Positions 19,714-29,747 of a stretch of 64,000 bases of DNA are shown here, piece by piece. Below the pieces are notes generated by a model. It was not told where the DNA came from and ran no database searches. It saw only the letters and a list, made by a program, of their open reading frames with translations. Both the position numbers and the translations under genes were made by a program. How positions within the stretch are numbered: the stretch's first letter is position 1; each line of letters opens with the position of its first letter. The DNA comes from a virus. Its lineage: Duplodnaviria; Heunggongvirae; Uroviricota; Caudoviricetes. Location of the stretch: positions 8,953 through 72,952 of IMG/VR virus record IMGVR_UViG_3300026097_000012. One strand, 5' to 3'.

Positions 19714-21633
19714 ATGCGCCATATAATACCGTATGTAGATAATAGCCGACCCTTTGGAATAACTAATCCATCATATTCTGATTCATTAGTATATGAGTCT
19801 AATATATTACAGAAAGCAGATTCACTTATTCCAGGAGATATCTTAGTTCAACTAGAAATTAAACAACTACTTGAGGAAGGATTTAAAAAAGTCGATGAAT
19901 ATCACAGAGCCCTTCTTAAAGGTAAAAATATTCTTTTAGATAAAGCATCCCATCTTATATCGGATGAACAGATGATTAAGATAGAAGAAAAGATTAAATT
20001 CACATTATCTAAAATTAATGAGCAAGCATCTACTTTGACTACTGATCCAAATACAGTAAAAGCTAAAATGGATGACAAAGATTGGAACAACGTAATGTCT
20101 AATATTGAAAGCACTACTGATGGAGTCGGTGCAACTGATGCTGAAAAAGGAGGAATGCTAGGAATGCTAAAGGGATTACTTAGTGCACTTACTGAAGGAG
20201 GATCAATGATAGGAATAATTCACTTTGTATTAGATATATTAGGATTAGTTGGAGATTTATTTGGAAATGCAGGAGCAATATTTGACGTATTAAACGGAGT
20301 CATTTATATGATACGAGCGATAAATGGAGATACAGGAAAATGGATTCTCGCTCTAATATCATTTGCTGCAGCAGCAATACCATTTGCTGGAAATATTATG
20401 AAAGGAATGTTCCAAACTGGTAAAGCTGGAAAATCAGTTGTTAAAATAACTACTGAATATATGCAAGCTGAAAAGGTAGTAACTAAAGGAGGTAAGGAAA
20501 CTATCGAACAGGGAGTTAAAAAAGGATCTGCTAAAATATCAGATGAAGCATTAGAGGTATTTGCTAAAGCTGGACCTGAAGGAGAAAAAGCATTAGAATA
20601 TGTTGCAAAGGCATCTAAAAAATCGATACCGATAGTAGGTCAAATAATGGATACGTTTTTTAATAAATTTCTAGGAACAGTAGTTGGATGGGTACCATTT
20701 TTAGGAAAACCTCTTAAAAACTTCTTTGCAAAAATAGCGGATATGTTTGGAACATTTTCTAAGAAATCTGTTAAATTTGCAGATGATGTTCCTCAAATTA
20801 TAAAACAGTCACATGTTAAACAAATTGATGAGTTCTTTGAGGCAGCTGCCAGTAGACAAGGAACAATGATATCTGCTAGTGGAAATAAACTAATTATTAA
20901 AGATTCACAGGGAGCTATATTAAAACAATTAGATGGATCAGTATTAAAATCAACAAACTTCCTTAAAAAGAGATATGGTCCAGATTTAGCAGGAGAGATT
21001 AACAAAAAATACGCTAAACGTACTGAGGGAAATGTCCTTAATTTTTACAGTGAACTTGCTGAAAATTTAAAGCACGTAGATAAAAAATACGGTACTGCTG
21101 TTAAATATGCTAAAGGAGCAGGAAAGGTAGGACTTAAAGCATTTCGTTTCTCTAGAAACTTAACATTCTTTATTGGCAAACAAGTAGCTAAAATAATGAT
21201 TGGATTTGATGTAACAAGTATGACTGATGGAGAATTAGAGAATCTAGGTGCTGTTTCAATTAACCAATCAATGCAAAATAGAATAGACAGGGCACTTGAA
21301 GAAAATCCAGATGCGGCATATGTAGTTCCAGTATTAGATACTACAGTTGATAATACAGCAACTGAGATACTAAACGGTGAATTACAAAAAAATGCAGAAA
21401 GATTTGGTCTTCCTGATATTGGAATGGTTGCATATGCTCAATATAGAAAAAAGGATAAAATTCCAGACGATGTTGTAGATTTTTGGAACTTTGCCTATGA
21501 TGATTCAGAGGAAGCTATAGATAATATAGAAAGGGATATTACTCCAAATAAGAGTAAATCAAAAGCACCAAATATTAAAGGTACTACTAATGAAAATAAC
21601 TCATTCAAGCATTTACGTAAATTTAAACTTTAA
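19714..21633 (+). CDS. hypothetical protein (639 aa) with a Gly-rich hydrophobic core; possible virion/ejection protein
   Basis: GGMLGMLKGLL...AAAIPFAGNIMKG segment; promoter motif 19687..19700. Confidence 0.6.
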   Translation: MRHIIPYVDNSRPFGITNPSYSDSLVYESNILQKADSLIPGDILVQLEIKQLLEEGFKKVDEYHRALLKGKNILLDKASHLISDEQMIKIEEKIKFTLSKINEQASTLTTDPNTVKAKMDDKDWNNVMSNIESTTDGVGATDAEKGGMLGMLKGLLSALTEGGSMIGIIHFVLDILGLVGDLFGNAGAIFDVLNGVIYMIRAINGDTGKWILALISFAAAAIPFAGNIMKGMFQTGKAGKSVVKITTEYMQAEKVVTKGGKETIEQGVKKGSAKISDEALEVFAKAGPEGEKALEYVAKASKKSIPIVGQIMDTFFNKFLGTVVGWVPFLGKPLKNFFAKIADMFGTFSKKSVKFADDVPQIIKQSHVKQIDEFFEAAASRQGTMISASGNKLIIKDSQGAILKQLDGSVLKSTNFLKKRYGPDLAGEINKKYAKRTEGNVLNFYSELAENLKHVDKKYGTAVKYAKGAGKVGLKAFRFSRNLTFFIGKQVAKIMIGFDVTSMTDGELENLGAVSINQSMQNRIDRALEENPDAAYVVPVLDTTVDNTATEILNGELQKNAERFGLPDIGMVAYAQYRKKDKIPDDVVDFWNFAYDDSEEAIDNIERDITPNKSKSKAPNIKGTTNENNSFKHLRKFKL

Positions 21634-21651
21634 TTACAAAACATAGAACAA

Positions 21652-21679
21652 TAAAAAAGCCAGCTAATGCTGGCTTTTT
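21652..21679. terminator. bidirectional rho-independent terminator between convergent genes
   Basis: aaaaaagccagc taat gctggcttttt with A-run and T-run flanks. Confidence 0.8.
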
Positions 21680-21698
21680 AAGTTTGATATATTAAGTA

Positions 21699-23276
21699 TT
21701 ATTCTGATTCTAGTGTTTTACCTCCAGTCATAGCATTTTTGTATAGTTTTATTTCAGGGTGATTACTAGCTCCGTCTCCGGTAAGTGCTGCCCACCATAC
21801 TTTTGCCATTTGTCCCATGTCTCCTCCCAGTTCGTCTGCAAGTACATCATATACTTTAAATCCTGGATCTAATGTTTCGTATTCTGTTTGTACATCTTTT
21901 GCTCCCTTTGGAGTAAGTGATGTGATTATCAATGCTATTTGTAATTCTTCAGTATCCGTAGTATTACCCCAGAATCCTGTTCCGGCTTTAAGGTCTACTA
22001 GCATTTGAGCTAATGTTTCTCCATCAGCATCTTGTACTCCGGCTATATAATTAGATGGATCTGCTGTTGTTGAATCATACCATCCCATAATTTCAGTAAA
22101 ACCTGGAGAAGAGTCTGCATTTGCATCTCCTAAATCTCCTGCTTTCTTTGTAGCGAGTGCCATACCTGCAGCCGTTGCGTTTACCCCAGCAGTGTTTAAT
22201 ATTTTATTAGCAATTCCAGGCTGTATATTTACTATAAAAGAATCAGCATTTGTTGTAAATGGTGTTTTGTTTGCTCCAGTGAGTGGTCTAAGTTGAACTC
22301 CTTTATCTGATATTCTAAGAACTTTATGTTTCACCATTTTATTTCCTCTCTTATACATAAGTGTTGAACCTGCCTTAAGTTCTTTTCCTAAGTGGGTCGC
22401 CTTAGCTGATCCTGCCAGCTTCTTCCATCCTGGGATTCTAGATACAACTCCTTTTACTCCTTTAAGGGTAGCATCTCCTGCTTTAATAATTCCCCTTCCT
22501 ACTTTAGTTGATTTAGCAATCTTAGATCCTGTTGATGCTACTCTAGTTGCGGCTGCTCCTCCTTTTAAAGATACATTAGCAATAGTTCCCATTCCAAGTG
22601 TTCCAATAGTAAGTGCAATATCTCCAAGTATAGAACCTAAATTAGTTCCTCTTGTCCATGAGCTAGGTACCTCACGTCTAAATAAATTTAATGCCGTGGC
22701 TTCGGCCCTTCCTGAAAATTCAGTTTCTAGTTTTCCACTAATATTTCCAACTTCACTAGCGAGTGCATCAAAATATACTTTCGGATCTAATCTTTTTTCT
22801 ACAGCAATTGCTCCTAATGCTCCTGCTACTCCTATTAATTTATCTTCGTCTGTTCCGTCATCACCAGCATCTCCTAGTCCAACTAGTGATCCTAGATAAT
22901 TTCCAATTGTTCCTACCACTCCTAAGTCTCCTTTTAAAGATTGATTAAAATAACCAGCGGCCTTCGTCATATCAACACCATCAAATACATATTCGTCATT
23001 TACTACCCACATTGTAAACTTAGTATCTTTTGGATCTAATTTGTCTACTTCAATATGAATAACATCACCGTCTAATACTCCGTATGACTTGGTGTCAATT
23101 GCAAGTTCCTTGGTCGTAGTAGTTTCTCCATGTTCTAATGTTTTTAGAGCATCACTTAGTACTTCTAATAAGTCCTCGTCACCTAGATAGTCCTTTAATC
23201 TCTCATCATAATCATCAGAGATAACCGCGGCCTGTTCATTAATTTTTCTACTTTTATATTTTTCTATATTGTACAT
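21699..23276 (-). CDS. hypothetical Gly-rich protein (525 aa)
   Basis: Long minus-strand ORF forming an operon with 23291..24289. Confidence 0.6.
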   Translation of the reverse strand: MYNIEKYKSRKINEQAAVISDDYDERLKDYLGDEDLLEVLSDALKTLEHGETTTTKELAIDTKSYGVLDGDVIHIEVDKLDPKDTKFTMWVVNDEYVFDGVDMTKAAGYFNQSLKGDLGVVGTIGNYLGSLVGLGDAGDDGTDEDKLIGVAGALGAIAVEKRLDPKVYFDALASEVGNISGKLETEFSGRAEATALNLFRREVPSSWTRGTNLGSILGDIALTIGTLGMGTIANVSLKGGAAATRVASTGSKIAKSTKVGRGIIKAGDATLKGVKGVVSRIPGWKKLAGSAKATHLGKELKAGSTLMYKRGNKMVKHKVLRISDKGVQLRPLTGANKTPFTTNADSFIVNIQPGIANKILNTAGVNATAAGMALATKKAGDLGDANADSSPGFTEIMGWYDSTTADPSNYIAGVQDADGETLAQMLVDLKAGTGFWGNTTDTEELQIALIITSLTPKGAKDVQTEYETLDPGFKVYDVLADELGGDMGQMAKVWWAALTGDGASNHPEIKLYKNAMTGGKTLESE

Positions 23277-23290
23277 AGTTGTTAGTTATT

Positions 23291-24289
23291 TTAAAATGTT
23301 GTAGCTCTATACTTATCAACTGTGTCAGGTGAACTTGCTCCTGCTATATCATCAGCTTGTGATGATGTATTAAAAATAGGGGTTCCATCTCTATAGTATA
23401 GCATTCTCTTTAAGTTTTCACCGTTTAATTCAGATGATCCGTACTTTTCTTCCCATTCTTTAATTACCTTATTTTTAAATGCTTTATCAGTAAACATAGA
23501 AGTAAAGAATTTTTTATCATATGGATTTTCTATTTCTCCGTCCATCATTAATGGAGAATTATCAATGGTTCCAGTATTATCAGCATCGGTATACCAAATA
23601 ACTTTACCATCTTCCCATGCTATTGATCCAATTGCTGCACTTGATTCTAGTGGTTCCATTTCAATTGTTCCACCTGCACCTATCTCAGCTTCATAATCTA
23701 CCCCATTAGTTCTCATTGTGTATCTAAATCGATTACCCATTGATTCTTCAGTTATATCGGTTCCTTCTCCATCTCCAGTTTCTCCTTGTGGAATTTTTTC
23801 TGGATTTTTCTCTATGTTGTCAGTCTCAGCTGTTCGTTCATTATCAACAATTACTCCAGCAAGTGCTGTTTCTTTATCTTTCATTGCCTGTAAAGAGTCA
23901 GTTGATACGAATTGAACATTGTTTGCTAATCCTTCAACACCTTCTCTAGGAGCAATCGTAAATTGGATTTTCTCTACTCTTGACGTATCTCTTTTAACAG
24001 TATAAATTATAAACTTAGTAGAAAAGAAGTTCTTATCTATTTTACCGTATGTATTTAAAAATGCCTGTTGACTATTTAGGTAGTTTTTAAGTGCAGCTGC
24101 TCCTTTATTTGTCATATTGCTATTTCCATCTAGTAATTCCATTTCATTTACGGTTTTAACCATAAACTTAGTATTACTTTGCATTTTAATAACAACCTTG
24201 AATCTATGTCCATTTGGAGCTACGTAAACCTGTGCACTTCTATTTCTAGATTCACTTACATCGTTCCATGATTTAAATGTATTACCCAT
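23291..24289 (-). CDS. hypothetical protein (332 aa)
   Basis: Minus-strand ORF with the promoter motif variant on the minus strand at 24300..24314. Confidence 0.6.
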   Translation of the reverse strand: MGNTFKSWNDVSESRNRSAQVYVAPNGHRFKVVIKMQSNTKFMVKTVNEMELLDGNSNMTNKGAAALKNYLNSQQAFLNTYGKIDKNFFSTKFIIYTVKRDTSRVEKIQFTIAPREGVEGLANNVQFVSTDSLQAMKDKETALAGVIVDNERTAETDNIEKNPEKIPQGETGDGEGTDITEESMGNRFRYTMRTNGVDYEAEIGAGGTIEMEPLESSAAIGSIAWEDGKVIWYTDADNTGTIDNSPLMMDGEIENPYDKKFFTSMFTDKAFKNKVIKEWEEKYGSSELNGENLKRMLYYRDGTPIFNTSSQADDIAGASSPDTVDKYRATTF

Positions 24290-24299
24290 TATTCTTAGG

Positions 24300-24332
24300 T
24301 TTTATTTTATTTATCTAATAAATAAAATAAAA
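24300..24332. promoter_or_regulatory. divergent pair of motif variants ATAAATAAAATAAAA serving genes on both strands
   Basis: + copy 24318..24332 before GTG 24346; minus-strand copy 24300..24314 before the start of 23291..24289. Confidence 0.45.
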
Positions 24333-24345
24333 ATATTCAATATAA

Positions 24346-25515
24346 GTGAAATATAAGAACTTTGAGCAATATACCAGACAATATTCAAAAGATATAGAAT
24401 CTTTCATTAACAGAGTGGCTATAGCGACAAATGAAAATATAAAATTTCCATATTTTGATTACATAAAGAATAAATTTGATTTACAAGAAAATTTCAAAAA
24501 TATTCCTATAATAGTTTCTTCTGATTTTACAAATAAAAGCTTACCTATTTATGAATCGTCTGAGTTTACTTACAACTTAAATGAAATGCCAGATATAGAT
24601 CAGGTATTTGAAGACTTTAAAAATGAGACATTTACTACAAATTCAGTATCTGACATAAAGGACATTAAAAAATTAAAGTTTCCAATTACCGCATATCATG
24701 CAAGTGGATCAACAGATTTTAAAACAAAGGGAAAACTAAAGGCATCTGAGGGAATATATAATAAATTCAGAGAAAAAATTATCCCTAAGACTAAATTTAA
24801 AGTATTATCATTTAAAGGAGAACCAATTAGTGTTGTGGAAACAATTAATAACTTTCCACTTGATGTAGATATGAAAAGATTTACCTTATTAAGAGAGGTC
24901 AAAAAGATATCTAAAACAATTTATGAAAAATACAATCTAGATTTTTATAATATAGAATTACTAGAATCGTCAAAGGGAAAACTGTACATAAATAGTGTTA
25001 ATAGAAAACTAGATTTAAATCCTCACGAAGCATTCGTAGTTTATGAAGCTGCATATAATGATTATTATAGTTCTAGAATGCCAAATTGGGTAAAAGATAA
25101 AATGATAACTGAAAGTGTAGCAAGTTACTATAATCAAAAGTACTTAGATTCACAACTAGTTAAATCTAAACATACTTTTGATTATGAAAAGTATTCCACT
25201 CCTGTTTCTAAAATAAATGAATCTTCTTCTATTCCAGATAGATATAAAAAGAAGGGATATACTAAAGTTGGAGTAAAAAAACAAAACAGGGGAAGTGGAA
25301 ATCACAAATGGTCAGTTCTTGCTAGAAAAAAGGTAGGAGGAAAAACTAAGTATAAAATAGTAAACGGAGGATATAAGGGAATGGATGATTATAAGTCTCA
25401 CAAAGATCCTAAGAGAAAGAAAGCATTTTGGGATAGAATGGGAGGTAAAAACTCAGCGAAAGCAAAGGATCCGTTTTCTGCTTTATATTGGCACAAAAGA
25501 TTTGGAACCTGGTAA
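24346..25515 (+). CDS. hypothetical protein (389 aa, GTG start) with a weak ATP-grasp-like motif and basic C-terminus
   Basis: IELLESSKGKLYINSVNRKLDLNP resembles ATP-grasp E-x-N; this is weak. Confidence 0.45.
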   Translation: MKYKNFEQYTRQYSKDIESFINRVAIATNENIKFPYFDYIKNKFDLQENFKNIPIIVSSDFTNKSLPIYESSEFTYNLNEMPDIDQVFEDFKNETFTTNSVSDIKDIKKLKFPITAYHASGSTDFKTKGKLKASEGIYNKFREKIIPKTKFKVLSFKGEPISVVETINNFPLDVDMKRFTLLREVKKISKTIYEKYNLDFYNIELLESSKGKLYINSVNRKLDLNPHEAFVVYEAAYNDYYSSRMPNWVKDKMITESVASYYNQKYLDSQLVKSKHTFDYEKYSTPVSKINESSSIPDRYKKKGYTKVGVKKQNRGSGNHKWSVLARKKVGGKTKYKIVNGGYKGMDDYKSHKDPKRKKAFWDRMGGKNSAKAKDPFSALYWHKRFGTW

Positions 25516-25528
25516 ATATCGAGATAAT

Positions 25529-25726
25529 ATGGAAATTATAACTTTTTTTGAATTATTAACCCTTGAAAAAGAATGTGAGTATCAAATAAGATGGATAGAC
25601 GGACCTGTTTACTATAAAAAGGAAAAAGGAGATTTATCATGGAATTTTTGTACAGACAAGGAATTTGCTGAAAATGTAAATTCAAGAAATATAATTAAAT
25701 GGAACCCTGTTGAATCCAACAAATAA
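25529..25726 (+). CDS. hypothetical small protein (internal start of track ORF 25385..25726)
   Basis: Avoids the overlap with the upstream gene. Confidence 0.3.
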   Translation: MEIITFFELLTLEKECEYQIRWIDGPVYYKKEKGDLSWNFCTDKEFAENVNSRNIIKWNPVESNK

Positions 25727-25741
25727 AAAAATAAAATTAAA

Positions 25742-26149
25742 ATGGCAAAACGAGAAAATGAAAATTACATGTTCTTTTCTAATTTAGAACAAATAGCTAG
25801 ACAGGCTAAGCTACTATGTGAAATGGATCCAGATATGTTAGATAGAATTTTACAAAATGGCCACGATTGGGCAGATGATCATATATCAGTAGCAAAAGAA
25901 AACATGGATCAGGTATGGGACTTCATTATGAATGAAAAGAATGGAAAATCAAATATGAATATGTTACCTCAATTCGAAAGTAATGTAGCTAAGTTTGAAG
26001 AATATATCCTACTAGAAAAAAAGAAAAAGGGATTATGGGCAAATATTCATGCTAAGAGAAAAAGAGGAGAAAAACCTGCTAAAAAAGGAGATGACGACTA
26101 TCCTGATAAAAAAGCATGGGAAGCTGCTAAAAAGAAAAAGAAAAAGTAA
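25742..26149 (+). CDS. hypothetical protein (135 aa), lysine-rich C-terminus
   Basis: ORF only. Confidence 0.5.
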   Translation: MAKRENENYMFFSNLEQIARQAKLLCEMDPDMLDRILQNGHDWADDHISVAKENMDQVWDFIMNEKNGKSNMNMLPQFESNVAKFEEYILLEKKKKGLWANIHAKRKRGEKPAKKGDDDYPDKKAWEAAKKKKKK

Positions 26150-26617
26150 ATGAGAGCTGTGGATTTCAATTCATTTATTAATGAAGGTAAAATAAAACAA
26201 ACAGCAGGGGTTGCTATAAAATGGCAAGACAAAGTGCTACTTGTACATCCAACAAATGCAAGTTGGAAAAATAGCGCACTTGGTATTCCAAAAGGTGGAA
26301 TTGAATCTGGAGAAGATCCTATCATTGCAGCTATTCGAGAACTCAGAGAAGAAACTGGAATAGAGGTTAGAGAAAGCGATCTTGATTCATCTCCATATAC
26401 TGCAGAAAATCACGGAGAATCTGGTAAACTTAAATCTCAATTAATATATTTTACAATGACAATTGATGATCTCAGTGAAATTGGATTAACAAAACCAACT
26501 GTTCCAAAAAAATGGCTACAGCTTGAAGAAATAGATTGGGCAGGATTTGTTAAAATTGATGATGCGTATCCTAAAATGCATAGATCACAAATAATTATAT
26601 TAGATAGACTTAGATAA
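26150..26617 (+). CDS. Nudix hydrolase
   Basis: Nudix box GGIESGEDPIIAAIRELREETGIEV (G-x5-E-x7-REUXEEXGU). Confidence 0.8.
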   Translation: MRAVDFNSFINEGKIKQTAGVAIKWQDKVLLVHPTNASWKNSALGIPKGGIESGEDPIIAAIRELREETGIEVRESDLDSSPYTAENHGESGKLKSQLIYFTMTIDDLSEIGLTKPTVPKKWLQLEEIDWAGFVKIDDAYPKMHRSQIIILDRLR

Positions 26618-26626
26618 ATAATTAAT

Positions 26627-28117
26627 ATGAATACTAAATTAAATTCATTTGACGATTGGTTAACTAAGAAAGTAGAAGAAGATGCAATTTCTGCTGATCT
26701 TACTAATGCTGGTAGTACATTTGCAGATGTATTATCTAATAACTCAAATGTAAAGGAAAAACCAACAGGCTCTAATAGAGGACCAGAGGTAGATAGATAT
26801 GTTAAAACAGTAGGACTTGATCCAGAGGGAAAATATCCTTGGTGCATGGCATTTATTTACACAATGTTTGACGATTTCACTAACAAAATGAGAATCCCTA
26901 ATCCACTTATTAAAACTGCGGGTGTATTAGACCATTGGAAAAAAGCAGACGATGATTTAAAAATAGGAATCGACTCTATTAGAAGTAATCCTAATCAAAT
27001 GAAACCAGGTCAAATATTTATTCAAGATCATGGTAAAGGAAAAGGACATGCTGGTATAGTTGTTTCAGTTAATGCTAAAGCTAGAACGTTTACAACAATA
27101 GAAGGAAATGGAATTGAAAAAGATACTAAAGAAAGAGAAGGTGATAAAGTAGTTAGAAATACTAGAGAAATGAGCCAATCTAACTTAGTAGGAGTAATTG
27201 ATTACTTTAAAGGAAATAGAACAGAGGAGTTTGAACAATCAATAAGTAAACAGATCACTGGAACCGCTTCTACTTATGCAGAAGATACGACAAATGGAGG
27301 ATATCCAGAAGTTTCTAAATTTGATACGCAAACGACTAAAAAACCTAGAAAATATTATAAAGTATACGATAAAGCAAATAGACGATTTCTAACTGCTAAA
27401 TATAAAGGCGATTCATTTAAGGTATATAATAGAAGACGTGTTAATGTAGGAGAAGTATTCAAACAAGGGGACAGAATCCTTATGAATGATAAAGATATTA
27501 CTGATAATCCAGTCGGAAAAGTATTTTCAAAGTTATTTAAGTATGCAGAAGCAAATAAAGAAATTCCTAGATCAAAAGGAAAGGATTTCGTAACTATTGA
27601 CAATACAGATAAAGTAAATGTTAAACCTGGAACTAAGCTAAGTCCTTCTGAATTTAAAAATAAATTCGGTCCCGCAATGATAGAGGCAACAAAGGGAACT
27701 CCACTTTTACCATCTGTTAAATTAGCACAAGCTGCTCTTGAAACAGGATGGGGTAAACATGTAATTGGAGATGCTAATAATATGTTTGGAATAAAGGCAA
27801 AAGGTGCTCCAAATGAATATTGGAACGGAGAGTCAGTTACCGCTGGAACTACTGAATATTATGGTGGCAAAAAAGGATCGTATAATTTAGGATTTAGAAA
27901 GTATAATAGCCTAGAAGATAGTATTAAAGACCACTCTAGGTTATTAATGTCACTTCCTAGGTATAAAGAAGTTAGGTCGGCTACTACACCAGAAGATCAA
28001 GCACGTGCATTAAAATCAGGTGGATATGCAACCAGTCCAACTTACGATGATAAACTAATATCAATTATAAATAAGTATGACTTCAAGAGCCTTGATTCAC
28101 AGGCCAATAACGCATAA
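26627..28117 (+). CDS. endolysin / peptidoglycan hydrolase: N-terminal CHAP-like peptidase plus C-terminal glucosaminidase (PF01832-like)
   Basis: Cys in YPWCMAFIY and His in GHAGIV (CHAP); AQAALETGWGKH...NNMFGIK (mannosyl-glycoprotein endo-beta-N-acetylglucosaminidase). Confidence 0.8.
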   Translation: MNTKLNSFDDWLTKKVEEDAISADLTNAGSTFADVLSNNSNVKEKPTGSNRGPEVDRYVKTVGLDPEGKYPWCMAFIYTMFDDFTNKMRIPNPLIKTAGVLDHWKKADDDLKIGIDSIRSNPNQMKPGQIFIQDHGKGKGHAGIVVSVNAKARTFTTIEGNGIEKDTKEREGDKVVRNTREMSQSNLVGVIDYFKGNRTEEFEQSISKQITGTASTYAEDTTNGGYPEVSKFDTQTTKKPRKYYKVYDKANRRFLTAKYKGDSFKVYNRRRVNVGEVFKQGDRILMNDKDITDNPVGKVFSKLFKYAEANKEIPRSKGKDFVTIDNTDKVNVKPGTKLSPSEFKNKFGPAMIEATKGTPLLPSVKLAQAALETGWGKHVIGDANNMFGIKAKGAPNEYWNGESVTAGTTEYYGGKKGSYNLGFRKYNSLEDSIKDHSRLLMSLPRYKEVRSATTPEDQARALKSGGYATSPTYDDKLISIINKYDFKSLDSQANNA

Positions 28118-28183
28118 ATTTTTACGTCTAGTATAAAACCTTTAATTATAGAGGAGTAGAATACTTTAAAATTAACTTATATT

Positions 28184-28708
28184 ATGCAAGAAACAGAAAA
28201 CAAAGCAGGAGCTACAGAAGAAGTAACAGTTGATGAATCTATGGAAAATACTGAAGTATTAACTGAAACGGTTGCTCCAAGTGAGCCACAAAGAGAACTA
28301 TCCCCAGAAGAAAAAGCCCTTGAAGATCTTAAAGCAGAAAGAATGGGTAAGTTTACAGTGGGTATGGGATATGAAGATGCTAGATACTTTAGAAACCTAT
28401 TAGATAAAGCTTCTTTTAAGGGACCCCAACAAGCATATTTACTAGTTGTAGCTAAGGCTGAAATGTCTCAAGTGTGTCAAGGTTTAAAGGAACAAGACTC
28501 AGGTCAAAGATACGAAGTTGAATTATCTTCAGCATGTATCGAATCTTTAGGATTCTTTATGAATAACTACGAAGGAAAAGGAGAAGTATCAGCAATGAAG
28601 CTATTCTCTGCTAGTATGCTACTACGCCCAGCAATGGGATTAATCAATAACCTGGACTCTAAATTAGAAATAGCTAAGCAAAAACTTAAAAAAGAAGATA
28701 ATCAATAA
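28184..28708 (+). CDS. hypothetical protein (174 aa)
   Basis: ORF only. Confidence 0.5.
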   Translation: MQETENKAGATEEVTVDESMENTEVLTETVAPSEPQRELSPEEKALEDLKAERMGKFTVGMGYEDARYFRNLLDKASFKGPQQAYLLVVAKAEMSQVCQGLKEQDSGQRYEVELSSACIESLGFFMNNYEGKGEVSAMKLFSASMLLRPAMGLINNLDSKLEIAKQKLKKEDNQ

Positions 28709-28733
28709 TTTGATTTTTTACTAATTTGTGCTG

Positions 28734-28747
28734 ATAAATAATAAAAA
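28734..28747 (+). promoter_or_regulatory. phage promoter-like motif ATAAATAATAAAAA
   Basis: Exact 14-mer 10 nt upstream of ATG 28758. Confidence 0.5.
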
Positions 28748-28757
28748 ATTAATTCAA

Positions 28758-29093
28758 ATGAAAGTAAAAGATTTTAAAGGATTTATGTCTTCTAAAGCTA
28801 TAAATGAACAAGAAAACTTTGATGGTACGGATGCAGGTATGCAATATGGAGCGAATCCTGAGGATGACGCTGCTGAAGGAGAATTCGAAGAAGGCGAAGA
28901 ACTAGAAGACGGAGAAATGGAAGAAGGTGAAGAAGAGGAAATAACTCTTGAAGACCTTAAAGCCATGGTTGATGATTTAACTGAAAGAATCGAAGCATTG
29001 GAACCTGAAGAAGAACTCGAAGACGAGGATATGGAAGGTGAAGAAGGTGCAGAAGGTGAAGAGGGAGCTGAGGAAGAAGAAGAGGCTATCTAA
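28758..29093 (+). CDS. extremely acidic low-complexity protein (EGEE repeats, 112 aa); DNA-mimic-like composition
   Basis: Start taken at the internal ATG 28758 because the track start 28728 overlaps the promoter motif 28734..28747. Confidence 0.55.
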   Translation: MKVKDFKGFMSSKAINEQENFDGTDAGMQYGANPEDDAAEGEFEEGEELEDGEMEEGEEEEITLEDLKAMVDDLTERIEALEPEEELEDEDMEGEEGAEGEEGAEEEEEAI

Positions 29094-29121
29094 TAAATCA
29101 TACACACGATAGGATATAAAA

Positions 29122-29150
29122 GGAAACATAATATGTTTCCTTTTTTTTAT
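29122..29150 (+). terminator. rho-independent terminator
   Basis: aggaaacat aat atgtttcct + T8. Confidence 0.85.
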
Positions 29151-29167
29151 GTCTAATAAATAAGTAT

Positions 29168-29605
29168 ATGCAACGTATAACAAATAGAATAATTCCGATG
29201 TTTGAAGGATATTGTCGAAAGAATGATATTGATGGAAAAGAAATAGTAGCATTAATATCAGGCAACAAGGTTACACTCAAAGTAGCCGCTAATGATAATA
29301 CAAAAGCAAAAGGATTAATGGAATCAGATGAGCCCGGTGACATGGACGGAATGATATTTGTATATGAAACTCCACAGATATTAGATTTTTGGATGAAGAA
29401 TGTAGAATATGATTTAGATATTTTATTCTTTGACGAAAATCTAAAACTTGTAGATCATTTTACAATGGATGCATATCAAGGAGAGTCAGATGATAGACTT
29501 AAAATATACAAATCTAAAGTTCCTGCTATGTATGCAGTTGAATTAAAATCAGGTTGGTATAATGATAATATTAAATCAAACGATAATATTAAATTAAAAA
29601 TATAA
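29168..29605 (+). CDS. hypothetical protein (145 aa)
   Basis: ORF only. Confidence 0.5.
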   Translation: MQRITNRIIPMFEGYCRKNDIDGKEIVALISGNKVTLKVAANDNTKAKGLMESDEPGDMDGMIFVYETPQILDFWMKNVEYDLDILFFDENLKLVDHFTMDAYQGESDDRLKIYKSKVPAMYAVELKSGWYNDNIKSNDNIKLKI

Positions 29606-29747
29606 CGGTTTAGGACCGTTGTAGTCTCGGCTACAAGAAAACCCGGAAGTATCGCTACCTCTGGGTTTTTATTTTTAAATAATTTGAAATCTTAAAATAA
29701 AAGTAGTATACTAACATTCAGTATAGTACAAACCAAAAATTAAACGT

